Shown one piece after another: positions 39,876 through 49,426 of a DNA stretch of 64,000 bases (the stretch's first letter is position 1; every line of letters begins with the position of its first letter). The notes under the pieces were generated by a model that saw nothing but the letters and a program-made list of their open reading frames with translations, made no database searches and had not been told where the DNA came from. The translations under genes were made by a program, and so were the position numbers. Source of the stretch: Flavobacteriales bacterium (GTDB taxonomy: Bacteria > Bacteroidota > Bacteroidia > UBA10329); contig JAIOYP010000002.1 of NCBI GenBank assembly GCA_021741155.1, forward strand, positions 43,551 through 107,550, in the 5' to 3' direction.

Positions 39876-40340
39876 ATGGATTTTGGCCCGAAAGAAGCGC
39901 TCGAAAAACTCAGGAAATACTGTGCCTATCAAGAGCGGTGCCACTCGGATGTGAATCAGAAACTGTGGGATTTGGAGATTCCATCAGAGTGGAAGGATGA
40001 CATTATTCTTTCATTGATGAAAGAAAACTTCTTGAACGAAGAACGATTCGCCAGAACGTATGCTCGCGGCAAATTCAACATCAAAAAATGGGGAAAAGTG
40101 AAAATCACCGATGGACTCAAAAAACATGAGGTAAGCAAGAAATGCATTCAACTTGCCTTGACCGAAATTGATGAGGATGATTACCTCAGGGTTTTGCGTC
40201 AAACAATTGACGAAAAGCGTTCATCCCTAAAAGAGAAAAATCAATGGAAGCGCAAAGCGGCCATCTATCGGTTTGCAGCGCAACGCGGATTTGAAGGAAA
40301 TTTGATTAACGAATTGCTGAACGAAGAAAAGAGACGATAG
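39876..40340 (+). CDS. recX: regulatory protein RecX
   Basis: It is colinear with RecX (ALEKLRKYCAYQERCHSDVNQKL ... three-helix repeats). The start is taken at MDFGPKEA. Confidence 0.7.
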   Translation: MDFGPKEALEKLRKYCAYQERCHSDVNQKLWDLEIPSEWKDDIILSLMKENFLNEERFARTYARGKFNIKKWGKVKITDGLKKHEVSKKCIQLALTEIDEDDYLRVLRQTIDEKRSSLKEKNQWKRKAAIYRFAAQRGFEGNLINELLNEEKRR

Positions 40341-40445
40341 ATCACGTCAACAGACCACAAAAATGAATCGGTACTGTTGACTATCGACCATGGACTGTGG
40401 ACTAAGCAGCCGATTGTACATTTGCGGCCTCAATCAAACATCCAA

Positions 40446-41549
40446 ATGATCACAAGCGATCAACTAAATAAGCTTAAAAAACGCCTTTCCGACCTTCACG
40501 GCTACCTCGATATTGACCGAAAATTGCGCGAAATTGAAGAGGAAATCCAAACCACTTTATCTCCTGGTTTTTGGGACGACCCGAAAAAGGCGGAGGAGTT
40601 GATGAAGAAAACCAACGCCAAAAAAGATTGGACCAAGGCGTATGCCAAGGCCGAAACCGCGCTAGAAGACCTTGTGGTCCTGTACGAATTCTGCAAAGAG
40701 GGCGAAGCATCTGAAGAAGAGGTGAACGCTCAGGATGAATTATGCACCGACCTGTTGGAAGATTTGGAGTTCAGAAATATGTTGGGCGATGAAGGCGATG
40801 AATTGCACGCAGTACTTGAAATAAATTCAGGCGCTGGTGGCACAGAAAGTTGCGATTGGGCTGGTATGCTGATGCGGATGTACATCATGTGGGCTGAGAA
40901 GAATGGTTTCAAGGTAACGGAGAATGATATTCAGCAGGACGACATTGCTGGAATCCGCTCATGCTCACTTCAAATTGAAGGTGAATACGCATACGGAAAC
41001 CTGAAAGGCGAGAACGGAGTGCATCGTTTGGTGCGTATTTCTCCGTTTGATAGTAATGCCAGACGGCACACATCATTTGCTTCCGTTTTCGTTTACCCAG
41101 TTGTAGATGATACCATTACCATCGAAATCAATCCGGCCGATATTAGCTGGGATACGTTCCGATCGGGCGGTGCTGGTGGACAGAACGTAAACAAGGTTGA
41201 AACGGGAGTTCGAGTTACTCACCATCCAAGCGGAATCATCATCCGTAACACAGAAAGCCGATCACAATTAGGTAACCGCGAAGCAGCTCTTAAGTTGTTG
41301 AAATCTCAGCTTTATGATATTGAACTCCGAAAACGATTGGAAAAGCGAGCCGAAGTTGAAGGTGGTAAAATGAAAGTTGAATTCGGAGCACAAATTCGTA
41401 ACTACGTTTTTCATCCATACAAATTGGTGAAGGACCTTCGTTCAGGAATTGAAACTTCAAACGTTCAAGGTGTGATGGACGGTGAGTTGAACAAGTTCAT
41501 CAAAGGATATTTGCTGCAATTTGGAAACGAGCAAGACGAATCACTTTAA
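40446..41549 (+). CDS. prfB: peptide chain release factor 2; in-frame, with no programmed +1 frameshift
   Basis: It has the GGQ motif (SGGAGGQNVNKVETGVRVTHHPSGI) and the SPF tripeptide (RISPFDSNARR). The N-terminal LHGYLDIDRK region is continuous in one frame, with no in-frame UGA. Confidence 0.85.
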   Translation: MITSDQLNKLKKRLSDLHGYLDIDRKLREIEEEIQTTLSPGFWDDPKKAEELMKKTNAKKDWTKAYAKAETALEDLVVLYEFCKEGEASEEEVNAQDELCTDLLEDLEFRNMLGDEGDELHAVLEINSGAGGTESCDWAGMLMRMYIMWAEKNGFKVTENDIQQDDIAGIRSCSLQIEGEYAYGNLKGENGVHRLVRISPFDSNARRHTSFASVFVYPVVDDTITIEINPADISWDTFRSGGAGGQNVNKVETGVRVTHHPSGIIIRNTESRSQLGNREAALKLLKSQLYDIELRKRLEKRAEVEGGKMKVEFGAQIRNYVFHPYKLVKDLRSGIETSNVQGVMDGELNKFIKGYLLQFGNEQDESL

Positions 41550-41645
41550 CCAGCCCCCTAAATTCTACAAAAGGGACTCGGTTCTCTCTATGAACTCTGT
41601 GCATTCCTCCGTGTTCTCTGTGGTTAAACTCTATTCGCAATCAAA

Positions 41646-41984
41646 ATGAAAATCTACCATAACCCACGCTGCTCCAAATCAAGAGAAACGCTGCAAATTA
41701 TTCTTGATGCTGGAGTGGAACCAGAAATCATAGATTACTTGATTGATGTGCCGACCGAAGCTGAATTGAAGGACTTAATCAGTATGCTTGGCATCAAACC
41801 TTACGATCTTCTTCGTAGAGGCGAGGCCGATTTCAAAGACAACTTTAAAGGAAAAGACCTTTCGGATGATGAATGGATTACAGCAATGGTCAAGTTTCCA
41901 AAATTGATTGAGCGACCAATTGTTGTGAAACAAAAAAAGGCCGTCTTGGGACGGCCTCCTGAAAACGTTAAAACGTTACTGTAG
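41646..41984 (+). CDS. ArsC/Spx/YffB-family (arsenate-reductase-like) protein
   Basis: 112 aa. It has an N-terminal MKIYHNPRCSKSR with the catalytic-Cys context. Confidence 0.7.
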   Translation: MKIYHNPRCSKSRETLQIILDAGVEPEIIDYLIDVPTEAELKDLISMLGIKPYDLLRRGEADFKDNFKGKDLSDDEWITAMVKFPKLIERPIVVKQKKAVLGRPPENVKTLL

Positions 41985-42149
41985 TTAGTCTCTTGGCGTT
42001 ATCATAGCAGCCAACTTCTCTCCCATTTTTGGGCTGAAACGCTCCATGAAAAGTAATGTTGCCATCAATGGAACCCACATGGCAAGGAAGGTCAACATCC
42101 AAAAACCCAAAAGCATATAAGCGAAAATTACAACGATACCTGCGGTCAT
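41985..42149 (-). CDS. small membrane protein (hypothetical)
   Basis: A 54-aa hydrophobic ORF (MTAGIVVIFAYMLLGFWMLTFLAMWVPLMATLLF...) downstream of the DnaB-C ATPase gene. The longer track ORF would overlap the neighbouring gene. Confidence 0.3.
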   Translation of the reverse strand: MTAGIVVIFAYMLLGFWMLTFLAMWVPLMATLLFMERFSPKMGEKLAAMITPRD

Positions 42150-42219
42150 CTTTCTAGAATTTGAGGCGAAAGTAATGCATGTGGATGATATGCGCAAAAG
42201 GAAACGGTCAAATTCCACT

Positions 42220-43008
42220 CTAATCATGTGGATCCTGAAAGAGAAGCGTATTCTCGTCAAAGACAAGTGTCATCCAAGGACTCTTAACGGGATAGACCGA
42301 CTTATCGATGTAAACCGTTGTATCCCCTTTTAATACTTTCTGACCAAAATTGTCTTTCTTTTGGTTGCGGTATTCCCATCTATACAGCGTAATAATACGG
42401 TCGGCAACTTGCTCCGTAATTGCATAGTGGTTGTAACGCCCACTTTTTTTTGACCTTTTCCGGTAGTCGGTAGAAGCTTCAAGAATCACTGGTATCTCCA
42501 TCAGTTCTGCTAATATCTTAAGGTGTTTAAGAATAGGTAAATACCGTCTTTTCTTCTTAAAAAGCTGCGAGGATTTTGGTCCGACAAAAAGCATGGCGTT
42601 GATTACAATGCAGTCGACATTCTTTTCTCTTTTCATGATAGAAACAAGCTCACACAGATCAATAAGCGTTGGCCAATACTTGTAAACGACCGGATGGCTG
42701 ACATTCTCAGTTCGCAAAATTCCTGACCGACCGTTCTTTTCCATTTCAAACGAACATTCTTCAATTTGTCGGGATGCCAACGCAACGCGTTCCTTGAATT
42801 TGAATAACGATTCTTCTAGTGAAATGTAGCCTATACGCTGTTTCTGAAGTTTGCTTAACATCATACTCAGCACGAAAGATGTCTTACCCATGGCAGGTTC
42901 GCCAGCAAGAATGACCAGCTCGCCTGGCCGAAAACCACCAATGGCATTGTCCAACATTTTGATACCCGAGAAGAAACATTGATCTGACATTTGTCGTGTT
43001 TTCGGCAA
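42220..43008 (-). CDS. stand-alone DnaB-helicase C-terminal (RecA-like ATPase) domain protein
   Basis: 262 aa. It has Walker A GEPAMGKTSF and is colinear with the DnaB C-terminal domain only (LDNAIGGFRPGELVILAG ... IPVILEASTDYRKRS ... TVYIDKS). The DnaB N-terminal and linker domains are missing. Confidence 0.7.
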   Translation of the reverse strand: MPKTRQMSDQCFFSGIKMLDNAIGGFRPGELVILAGEPAMGKTSFVLSMMLSKLQKQRIGYISLEESLFKFKERVALASRQIEECSFEMEKNGRSGILRTENVSHPVVYKYWPTLIDLCELVSIMKREKNVDCIVINAMLFVGPKSSQLFKKKRRYLPILKHLKILAELMEIPVILEASTDYRKRSKKSGRYNHYAITEQVADRIITLYRWEYRNQKKDNFGQKVLKGDTTVYIDKSVYPVKSPWMTLVFDENTLLFQDPHD

Positions 43009-43040
43009 ATGTTCAGGATGACAGCGACAACTGCTGTCGG

Positions 43041-43943
43041 CTATGCGTAGCGTTCCAATATCCCCTTCAACATCGCTTTCATTCGGTCAATGGCTGAGGC
43101 AGGACTGAGAATACGAACCCTCGATTCCATCATCAATATCTGTTGAAAAAACTCGTAGTTGGGAACTACATGAAGCTCAAATATGACACCGTTTTCGCTC
43201 TCGCCCACTTCGCGCTGCGAATGATGCAATTTCACCGACCGCAAGTAACCAGCGTGGGTCGTTTCTGACCAAAGTTGGATTGTTTCGGGAGCATCCTCAT
43301 TTCCGTAAAGCCCAATTACGTGACCATACATGGCGTCATGATCGTTCTGTTCTGTGAACTGGAAAATTTCATCGATGACTTCCATTTTAAGGATGCGATC
43401 CAACCCAAAACTCTTTGTCTTGCCGCTTTCATCTTCGCGTGCCAACAAGTACCAACGATGAAGGTATTGCTTCAGAAAAAGTGGACAGACCTTTCTTTCC
43501 GTTGGTTCTCCTCCAAATTTGCAATGCGAAACCTTCAATTTTGTGCTGTTCTTTATCGCTTCCAGAATTACAGGAACATGCCCAAGTCCTTCAGTCATCT
43601 GCGTTTCATCCAGATAGATTGATCTGCGTTGACCGCGTTTTTTAGTGGCCTCGTTGCGGAGCATTTCGGCAAGCCCTGCGTGTTCCAAGTAGCGGCTTAT
43701 CAGCGTTTTCTCCTCTGGTTCTTCCACAATCTCGTACCATCTATTCGGATGCGAACCTTTCCGTTCTATCACATAATCGAGTTCGTTTTCGATAGTTTTG
43801 ATGTCGCGCTGAACGGTGCGTTCATCCACGCCCTCACCCAAACCGTGAAGAAAATTCACAATATCTTCGGTGGTCGGGCGGCTGTTCTTCTTGATAAAAT
43901 CTAAGATGTAACCGTGTCTGTTGTATATTCTTGCGTAAGCCAT
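43041..43943 (-). CDS. WYL-domain transcriptional regulator (HTH-WYL-WCX architecture)
   Basis: It has an N-terminal HTH (YARIYNRHGYILDFIKK ... ERTVQRDIKTIENEL), a central WYL-like region (HCKFGGEPTERKVCPLFLKQYLHRWYLLA) and a C-terminal extension. It lies immediately upstream of the DnaB-C ATPase. Confidence 0.65.
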   Translation of the reverse strand: MAYARIYNRHGYILDFIKKNSRPTTEDIVNFLHGLGEGVDERTVQRDIKTIENELDYVIERKGSHPNRWYEIVEEPEEKTLISRYLEHAGLAEMLRNEATKKRGQRRSIYLDETQMTEGLGHVPVILEAIKNSTKLKVSHCKFGGEPTERKVCPLFLKQYLHRWYLLAREDESGKTKSFGLDRILKMEVIDEIFQFTEQNDHDAMYGHVIGLYGNEDAPETIQLWSETTHAGYLRSVKLHHSQREVGESENGVIFELHVVPNYEFFQQILMMESRVRILSPASAIDRMKAMLKGILERYA

Positions 43944-44022
43944 GCGGCTAAGGTAAGCGGGGATGGCGACATTGGTTGTCGGGATGTGTTTTAACATTTG
44001 CTCAACTCATTTATTCGAACAC

Positions 44023-44811
44023 ATGGAAAACTCCAATGAAACTCCGCGTTATAAAACCGTAACCCATTTTTTGTGCGACCTGATCCGCAATCCAGATTTT
44101 GCTTCGTTCCCACGTAGTTTCGCCTATCCAAGTGGGCTTCCCAAAAAAAGTATTCTTTTTCTGGGCCTTCAACCGCCCATGTCGGAGGACAAAGAAAAAC
44201 GCTATCGCTTCGAAATGTATAAGCAGGGAACGAAAGGAGATAAAAATCAATACATCAAACAGTTTGCGGAAATAGCGGAATACTGCAATACTCCGTGGGC
44301 GCATCTGAATCTGCTCTTCTTCAGGAAAACGAAAAACAATGGCATTGATGAAATTTTAAAGAAGGAAGCAGGTGTTCAATTTATATGGGAACAATTGAAA
44401 GTTACCGATCAGCTGATTCGGCAAATAGAACCTGAAATTATTGTGAGCCTGAATAAGACTGATGCAAGCACATTTATGGGATTCAACAAAACCGATAATG
44501 GTAATGCTTGGCTCGATTACGAATTCGTGTTCGATAATGAAATTGACACCTATCGTTGGGAAGGAACACCCGTATTCTTCACCAAATTGTTCAAAGGCCA
44601 ACGAACATTGGACAACGGTTCATTCGAAAAGCTGAAATGGCAGATCAGGAACGCACTGATCCTTGACCTTGAAAAGAAGAAAAAGGAAGTGGTTGAACTC
44701 AAAAACAAGGTGGTCAAATCCTCAAAATATGAACTGGCTGCCGAAATACGGAATCAGGAACGGGAGTTGGAGGATAGGTTGGAGAAACTCAGGTTTAGCA
44801 ATACGCAATAG
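44023..44811 (+). CDS. hypothetical protein with a C-terminal UVR (UvrB/UvrC-type) motif
   Basis: The C-terminus KYELAAEIRNQERELEDRLEKLR resembles the UVR domain. The N-terminal 200 aa are unassigned. It is divergently transcribed from the WYL regulator. Confidence 0.45.
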   Translation: MENSNETPRYKTVTHFLCDLIRNPDFASFPRSFAYPSGLPKKSILFLGLQPPMSEDKEKRYRFEMYKQGTKGDKNQYIKQFAEIAEYCNTPWAHLNLLFFRKTKNNGIDEILKKEAGVQFIWEQLKVTDQLIRQIEPEIIVSLNKTDASTFMGFNKTDNGNAWLDYEFVFDNEIDTYRWEGTPVFFTKLFKGQRTLDNGSFEKLKWQIRNALILDLEKKKKEVVELKNKVVKSSKYELAAEIRNQERELEDRLEKLRFSNTQ

Positions 44812-44813
44812 TT

Positions 44814-46037
44814 TCAACTACCTGTTGCGTACAGTTTTTTTACGATTTCTTCCACCTTTTGCCCAATAGTTTCAGCCGAGGTTTCATAGTCACTTATAGT
44901 TTCGTATAGTACAAACGATTCCTCTCTTTTGCCAGACAGTTTATTTTTATCTCCTACCGACAGAATATTTTCGCTTTTCTCTGATAGGCCATTTGTATTC
45001 CAGAATTCTATAGTCCATCCAATAGGCGAAAGTCTTATTTTCAAATGCAAATCGTTGGTTGCATCTAATGGCTTCAATGGAATGTAAAGGACTGAGTTCA
45101 ACTTACTCAGCTGATCCTCTTTATCCCAAATTTCGGTAGCACTCATCCTTTGAAATTCAGAAAGGTTCAATTTACGCTGTAATTCTCTTAGCTTTCCCCC
45201 AACATCTTTTAGAAACACATTGAAAGCCTGTTGTATCCGTATGAGATTTTCCTGACCATATTCTTTCGATTTCCCTAAGCCTGTAACCAAATCAATTAAT
45301 TCCTTCTTTTGAATATCGTCCATACCTTGTCCAGTTAGTTTTTTGATTAGATAAATGTATTGCCCTATTACGTCTCTTACGGTTGGCACATCAATAACCA
45401 CACTTTGGCATTTAATTAACCATTCGAGTATATCATTCGAGTATGAAATGAGGAAATAATGCTTGTCCTTCTCTCTCGATATTTCTGGCTTTTCTGAGTG
45501 AGTACTGAATCTTGATGCATCGCTCCCATATAACGTCAAATAAAGAATAAGACCACCTTTTTCGCCATTCACATAATAATTGTAATATCGGATGAGTTGC
45601 TTTTTCTGATCTTGAGCGTAAATCTTATTCTCGATACAGATTGAATTCCTTGGATGATTTATTACAATATCTGCCCTTCCGCCTTTTGTCCAATCATCGC
45701 TGATTTTACCCAAATCCACTTCTTTCCTAACCAAAGCTGACTCCATATCAACTTCAGGAATATTCATTTTTTCATCTTTTGATGCTGTCTTTTTTTCTTC
45801 CAGCATCTTTATGAAAAGATTCAGAAATAGTGAGCCCTGTCCATGCGAACCTTTTGGATTGAGCAGTTCAACTAAAAAAGCAGAGTGCGTACTCGTCTCT
45901 GTACTTTCGGCTCCAAGAATGGAAAAAACATTAAATTTTCTTCCAGTTATCCGAGCTATCTCCTCGTGCTTCTTGTTCAGTGCCGAAACCTGTGACAGCA
46001 AAAACTTTGCACGGTTTGTCAGTTCATTCATCAACAA
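44814..46037 (-). CDS. PD-(D/E)xK nuclease superfamily protein
   Basis: 407 aa. The core motif is GGRADIVINH ... ICIENKIYAQDQ (D ... E-x-K). Confidence 0.55.
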   Translation of the reverse strand: MLMNELTNRAKFLLSQVSALNKKHEEIARITGRKFNVFSILGAESTETSTHSAFLVELLNPKGSHGQGSLFLNLFIKMLEEKKTASKDEKMNIPEVDMESALVRKEVDLGKISDDWTKGGRADIVINHPRNSICIENKIYAQDQKKQLIRYYNYYVNGEKGGLILYLTLYGSDASRFSTHSEKPEISREKDKHYFLISYSNDILEWLIKCQSVVIDVPTVRDVIGQYIYLIKKLTGQGMDDIQKKELIDLVTGLGKSKEYGQENLIRIQQAFNVFLKDVGGKLRELQRKLNLSEFQRMSATEIWDKEDQLSKLNSVLYIPLKPLDATNDLHLKIRLSPIGWTIEFWNTNGLSEKSENILSVGDKNKLSGKREESFVLYETISDYETSAETIGQKVEEIVKKLYATGS

Positions 46038-46117
46038 AAAATATTAGGATAACGTATTGATCTCAAAATATCCAGACGAGTATTTCAAACACATCAACGA
46101 ACTCAAAACATACAATT

Positions 46118-46348
46118 TCACAGTGCAGGTTGGTGCTTTTTTGTAGGACTTTTTGAACAAGAATTTACACACAGACTGGAAAGGCTTGAATACTTTCCAC
46201 CACAGAACTTACAAGTATATTGAGCCTTTTCGCTTCCCTCATACAAAGCATGTTTCTTGCCTTCTGGATTTTTGGAGCAGGAGTTTACAGTCAGACTGGA
46301 TACGCTGGAATACTTACCTCCGCACCATTTGCAATAAAAATTAGACAT
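46118..46348 (-). CDS. 76-aa protein made of two tandem C-x2-C-GGKYSS-x-SSL-x-VNSCSK repeats (possible zinc ribbon)
   Basis: The protein reads MSNFYCKWCGGKYSSVSSLTVNSCSKNP ... YTCKFCGGKYSSLSSLCVNSCSKSP. The DNA shows a ~110-bp internal tandem duplication. Confidence 0.4.
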   Translation of the reverse strand: MSNFYCKWCGGKYSSVSSLTVNSCSKNPEGKKHALYEGSEKAQYTCKFCGGKYSSLSSLCVNSCSKSPTKKHQPAL

Positions 46349-46592
46349 CTTAATTTCGGTTTTTCGTTCAGTGCTTACTCTTCTCGGTTTTCAGCTTCCC
46401 CTGTTTCTTGTAAATGTACATTTAATACTCTCAGACAAACATCCATACTGTTACCGACAAATGCTGTCGGAACATGAGAGACCCTTCAATTTCTTCGGCT
46501 ATGCTTAGAACAGACAGAGAAACAAACGAGACAATCATACCTCGCCAAATCACTCCAACAAAACCACTTTTGGCGAAGTATAATCGTTTTGC

Positions 46593-47993
46593 TTACTCAA
46601 ATAGGCAATCCATTTTCAGATCGTTTTGAACCAATTCCAGGCTGTAGGGATTCTCTTTGGTACCAAAAGTTGTTACCATGACCAAGTGTGTGCCTTTTCG
46701 GGTTCCAGAAGAATTTTTGAATTCCGAAATCTTGTTCCGAAGATTCTGAGCGTACGTTTTATCAATGGTAAATGGCGAATTGGCAAACTTCATTTCACAT
46801 AGATTAATAATGTTGTCTGCCCGATCAATTACCAGGTCTATCTGTGCATTTTCGTTGAACCAACTGCTGCTTTCGGAGCGGATTGCCTGTATTTGAAGTC
46901 CTTTCTTCAGTTGATGAACATGTTTAAGACACAGTCCCTCAAAACTGAATCCCGACCACGAAACATACGACTGACTGGTTTGCAGATTCAGCCAAGTACC
47001 AGAACCGTTGTATTTTCCGTTCTCCATGAATTTCAGGTAAAACAGTGAATATTCATCCGACAAGCGATACAGGGTTTGCTTCGCCTTATTCTGAAAATAA
47101 GGATACTCAGTAACAAATCCAGACTCGATTAATTCCATCAATTTCAGCGAAAGATCGCCACCACTGGGAAGTCCACTTTTCTCAATGATCCCGTCTCTTG
47201 TCAACCCTTTCCGTGTATTTGCCAACGCCCTGATTATCGCTTTATGCTTATCAGAATCATCAAATAGTGAGGCGAACAGTAGATTGAACTCATCACTCAA
47301 CACTCCGTCCTTCTCGAAACACATTCGGTCCAAATTCTGCGCTACACTCTTACCCCGTTGCACTTTCTCCAAATAGTGAGGAACGCCACCAACGGCCATG
47401 TATAGCTGCAAAATATCATAGCGTGTAAGATCAATATTCCTGCTTTTCAGAAACAGTTCTGTTTCTTGTAGGTTGAATGGCAACAGACGTATTTTTTGCG
47501 AAATCCGATTGTGAAGACCGCCTTTGTTCCTAATAATCTTCTGAACCATGTACGATGCAGCAGAACCACATATTACAACAATCAGATCTGCACGTTTCTC
47601 AGAATAGCTATTCCAAAAATTCGCAAATGCCATGAGAAATTTAGACCTCTTTGTGGCCATCCAAGGAAACTCATCAATGAAGATTACCTTTTTTCCTTCA
47701 TTGGAAAGACTATCAATATACTGTTCCAATAAGGTGAATGCATCCAGCCAATTAGTTGGTTTTTTATTATTGGTCGATGTTCGTTTGTCGAGTTCCTTGG
47801 TAAAATTGGCCAACTGATCAACCATTCCGCCTTGAAAAAGACCCGTTACCTCAAAGCAAATCCTATTCTCAAAAAACTGCCGAACGAGAAAGGTCTTTCC
47901 TACCCTTCTCCTTCCATAAATGGCAATCAATTCGGCTTTATCGCTTGACAAAGTGGCCTCAAGCAGACCAATTTCGTGTGTTCTTCCAACCAT
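46593..47993 (-). CDS. AAA-type ATP-binding protein (Arch_ATPase + DUF234-like architecture)
   Basis: Walker A GRRRVGKTF and Walker B VIFIDEF are present. The C-terminal ~100 aa are typical of the DUF234 family, which is common in Bacteroidota. Confidence 0.7.
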   Translation of the reverse strand: MVGRTHEIGLLEATLSSDKAELIAIYGRRRVGKTFLVRQFFENRICFEVTGLFQGGMVDQLANFTKELDKRTSTNNKKPTNWLDAFTLLEQYIDSLSNEGKKVIFIDEFPWMATKRSKFLMAFANFWNSYSEKRADLIVVICGSAASYMVQKIIRNKGGLHNRISQKIRLLPFNLQETELFLKSRNIDLTRYDILQLYMAVGGVPHYLEKVQRGKSVAQNLDRMCFEKDGVLSDEFNLLFASLFDDSDKHKAIIRALANTRKGLTRDGIIEKSGLPSGGDLSLKLMELIESGFVTEYPYFQNKAKQTLYRLSDEYSLFYLKFMENGKYNGSGTWLNLQTSQSYVSWSGFSFEGLCLKHVHQLKKGLQIQAIRSESSSWFNENAQIDLVIDRADNIINLCEMKFANSPFTIDKTYAQNLRNKISEFKNSSGTRKGTHLVMVTTFGTKENPYSLELVQNDLKMDCLFE

Positions 47994-48099
47994 AACATCT
48001 ATTTATAATTCGCCAAATGTATGAAAAGAGGTGAGATTTGGCGAGATATAAGCAAAAAGGGGAACTGACCGTTTTTGATCAATAATCTTGAAGCAAAGA

Positions 48100-48175
48100 A
48101 ACCGAGACCCTTCCTTCGTCAGGGAAACAAATGAGGTAAACTGATGTAGGCCACTTACTTTGCTGCCTAGGAAGC
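48100..48175. repeat. deleted derivative of the MITE (first stem plus right TIR)
   Basis: The sequence is gagacccttccttcgtcaggg ... gccacttactttgctgcctaggaag. Confidence 0.45.
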
Positions 48176-48182
48176 GTCTCAG

Positions 48183-49319
48183 TTAATTCACAATTAACTT
48201 TTGCGTGAAAGTCTCTTTTTCGGAAATAACCGTCAGAAAGTAAACGCCTGAGCTTTCCAATTCAAACTCAAACGAGCTTCCATTAAAGTTGGTTTGCTTA
48301 ACCAATTGCCCAGTTGCATTATGAACCTGAATTGTTCTTTTTTCAGCATTTTCAAATCGTAAAGCCACATTTCCATTTGACGGATTCGGATAAACCACCA
48401 ACGGATTTTCGCTCTGCTGCTCATCAATTCCTACAAGCCCATCAAGACTATACTGACTAAAGAACCTCCAGATTTCTTTTGATGCGGAGAAATCTCTGTT
48501 TGTCACTCCAATTGAGATCAACGGATTAGAACCTGGCCACGTGTGACCACCTCCATTTGTACGGTAAAGCTCAACAGATGAGCCCGCGTCTCCTCCTGAA
48601 TAAACAAAATGGTCTGCCGTACAGCCATCCGTCAAATCAACATTTGGAATAGCTGTTTGAACTGCTGTCATGTTGCAATTATTGAAATCTACCCAATGTG
48701 CAATTCCAGCTTCTACGCCTAATACTCCACCCGATCCAAGATAAGGCACGGTTGGATCCGCAGTACCATGAACCTCCATTATTGGAGTTGGGTGAACGGG
48801 GTTGCATGAAATAAAAGCAGGGTTTAGCATGGCTCCAGTAACCGAAGCTATGGCCGTGATACGATGGCTTAATTCGCAAGCAAGCCTGTAACTCATAAAA
48901 CCGCCATTGCTCATTCCTGTGCTGTAAACACGATTTAAGTCAATGTTGAAATCTGATGCAATCGTGTCTATCAATGCCGAAATAAAACCGATGTCATCAA
49001 CCGTTTCGGACGGGGAACCGAACGCGTTCCAAAACGTGGTTCCGCTGGCGTCTAGCGTTCCATCGGGATGAATCAAAATAAAATTGGCCGTATCGGCAAT
49101 CGGTCTGAAATCACCATAAACCTCTTGCTCAAACGCATTGGAAGTATATCCATGCAAATTGATAATTAGCGGAACCGCTTCAGAACCATCATAAATAGCT
49201 GGTTCGTACACGCGATAAGAACGCTGAATACCGTCATGCATCATATTTCGGACAACAGATTGAGAAAAAATGTTCTGAGCAATGGATAGAAAAAGGGTGA
49301 TTGCAAGGAAGTGTTTCAT
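48183..49319 (-). CDS. secreted alpha/beta-hydrolase esterase (PHB-depolymerase/feruloyl-esterase-like) with a T9SS type-A CTD
   Basis: It has a signal peptide and the nucleophile elbow GMSNGG. The C-terminus is VYPNPSNGNVALRF ... GVYFLTVISEKETFTQKLIVN. Confidence 0.7.
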   Translation of the reverse strand: MKHFLAITLFLSIAQNIFSQSVVRNMMHDGIQRSYRVYEPAIYDGSEAVPLIINLHGYTSNAFEQEVYGDFRPIADTANFILIHPDGTLDASGTTFWNAFGSPSETVDDIGFISALIDTIASDFNIDLNRVYSTGMSNGGFMSYRLACELSHRITAIASVTGAMLNPAFISCNPVHPTPIMEVHGTADPTVPYLGSGGVLGVEAGIAHWVDFNNCNMTAVQTAIPNVDLTDGCTADHFVYSGGDAGSSVELYRTNGGGHTWPGSNPLISIGVTNRDFSASKEIWRFFSQYSLDGLVGIDEQQSENPLVVYPNPSNGNVALRFENAEKRTIQVHNATGQLVKQTNFNGSSFEFELESSGVYFLTVISEKETFTQKLIVN

Positions 49320-49426
49320 GTGATTTTGGTCAGTTAGAGCGATAAAAGTAGATGATATTTATCCGAAGCTTGGTCGGTATGATTCAGACGGTAATTTTGC
49401 GGCCAATTCAAACGTAAATTTTCATC

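Noticed and set aside
40377-40445. An upstream in-frame extension of prfB (MTIDHGLWTKQPIVHLRPQSNIQ).
   Set aside because: It is not conserved in RF2. The conserved N-terminus begins at MITSDQLNKLKKRL, so the start was moved to 40446.
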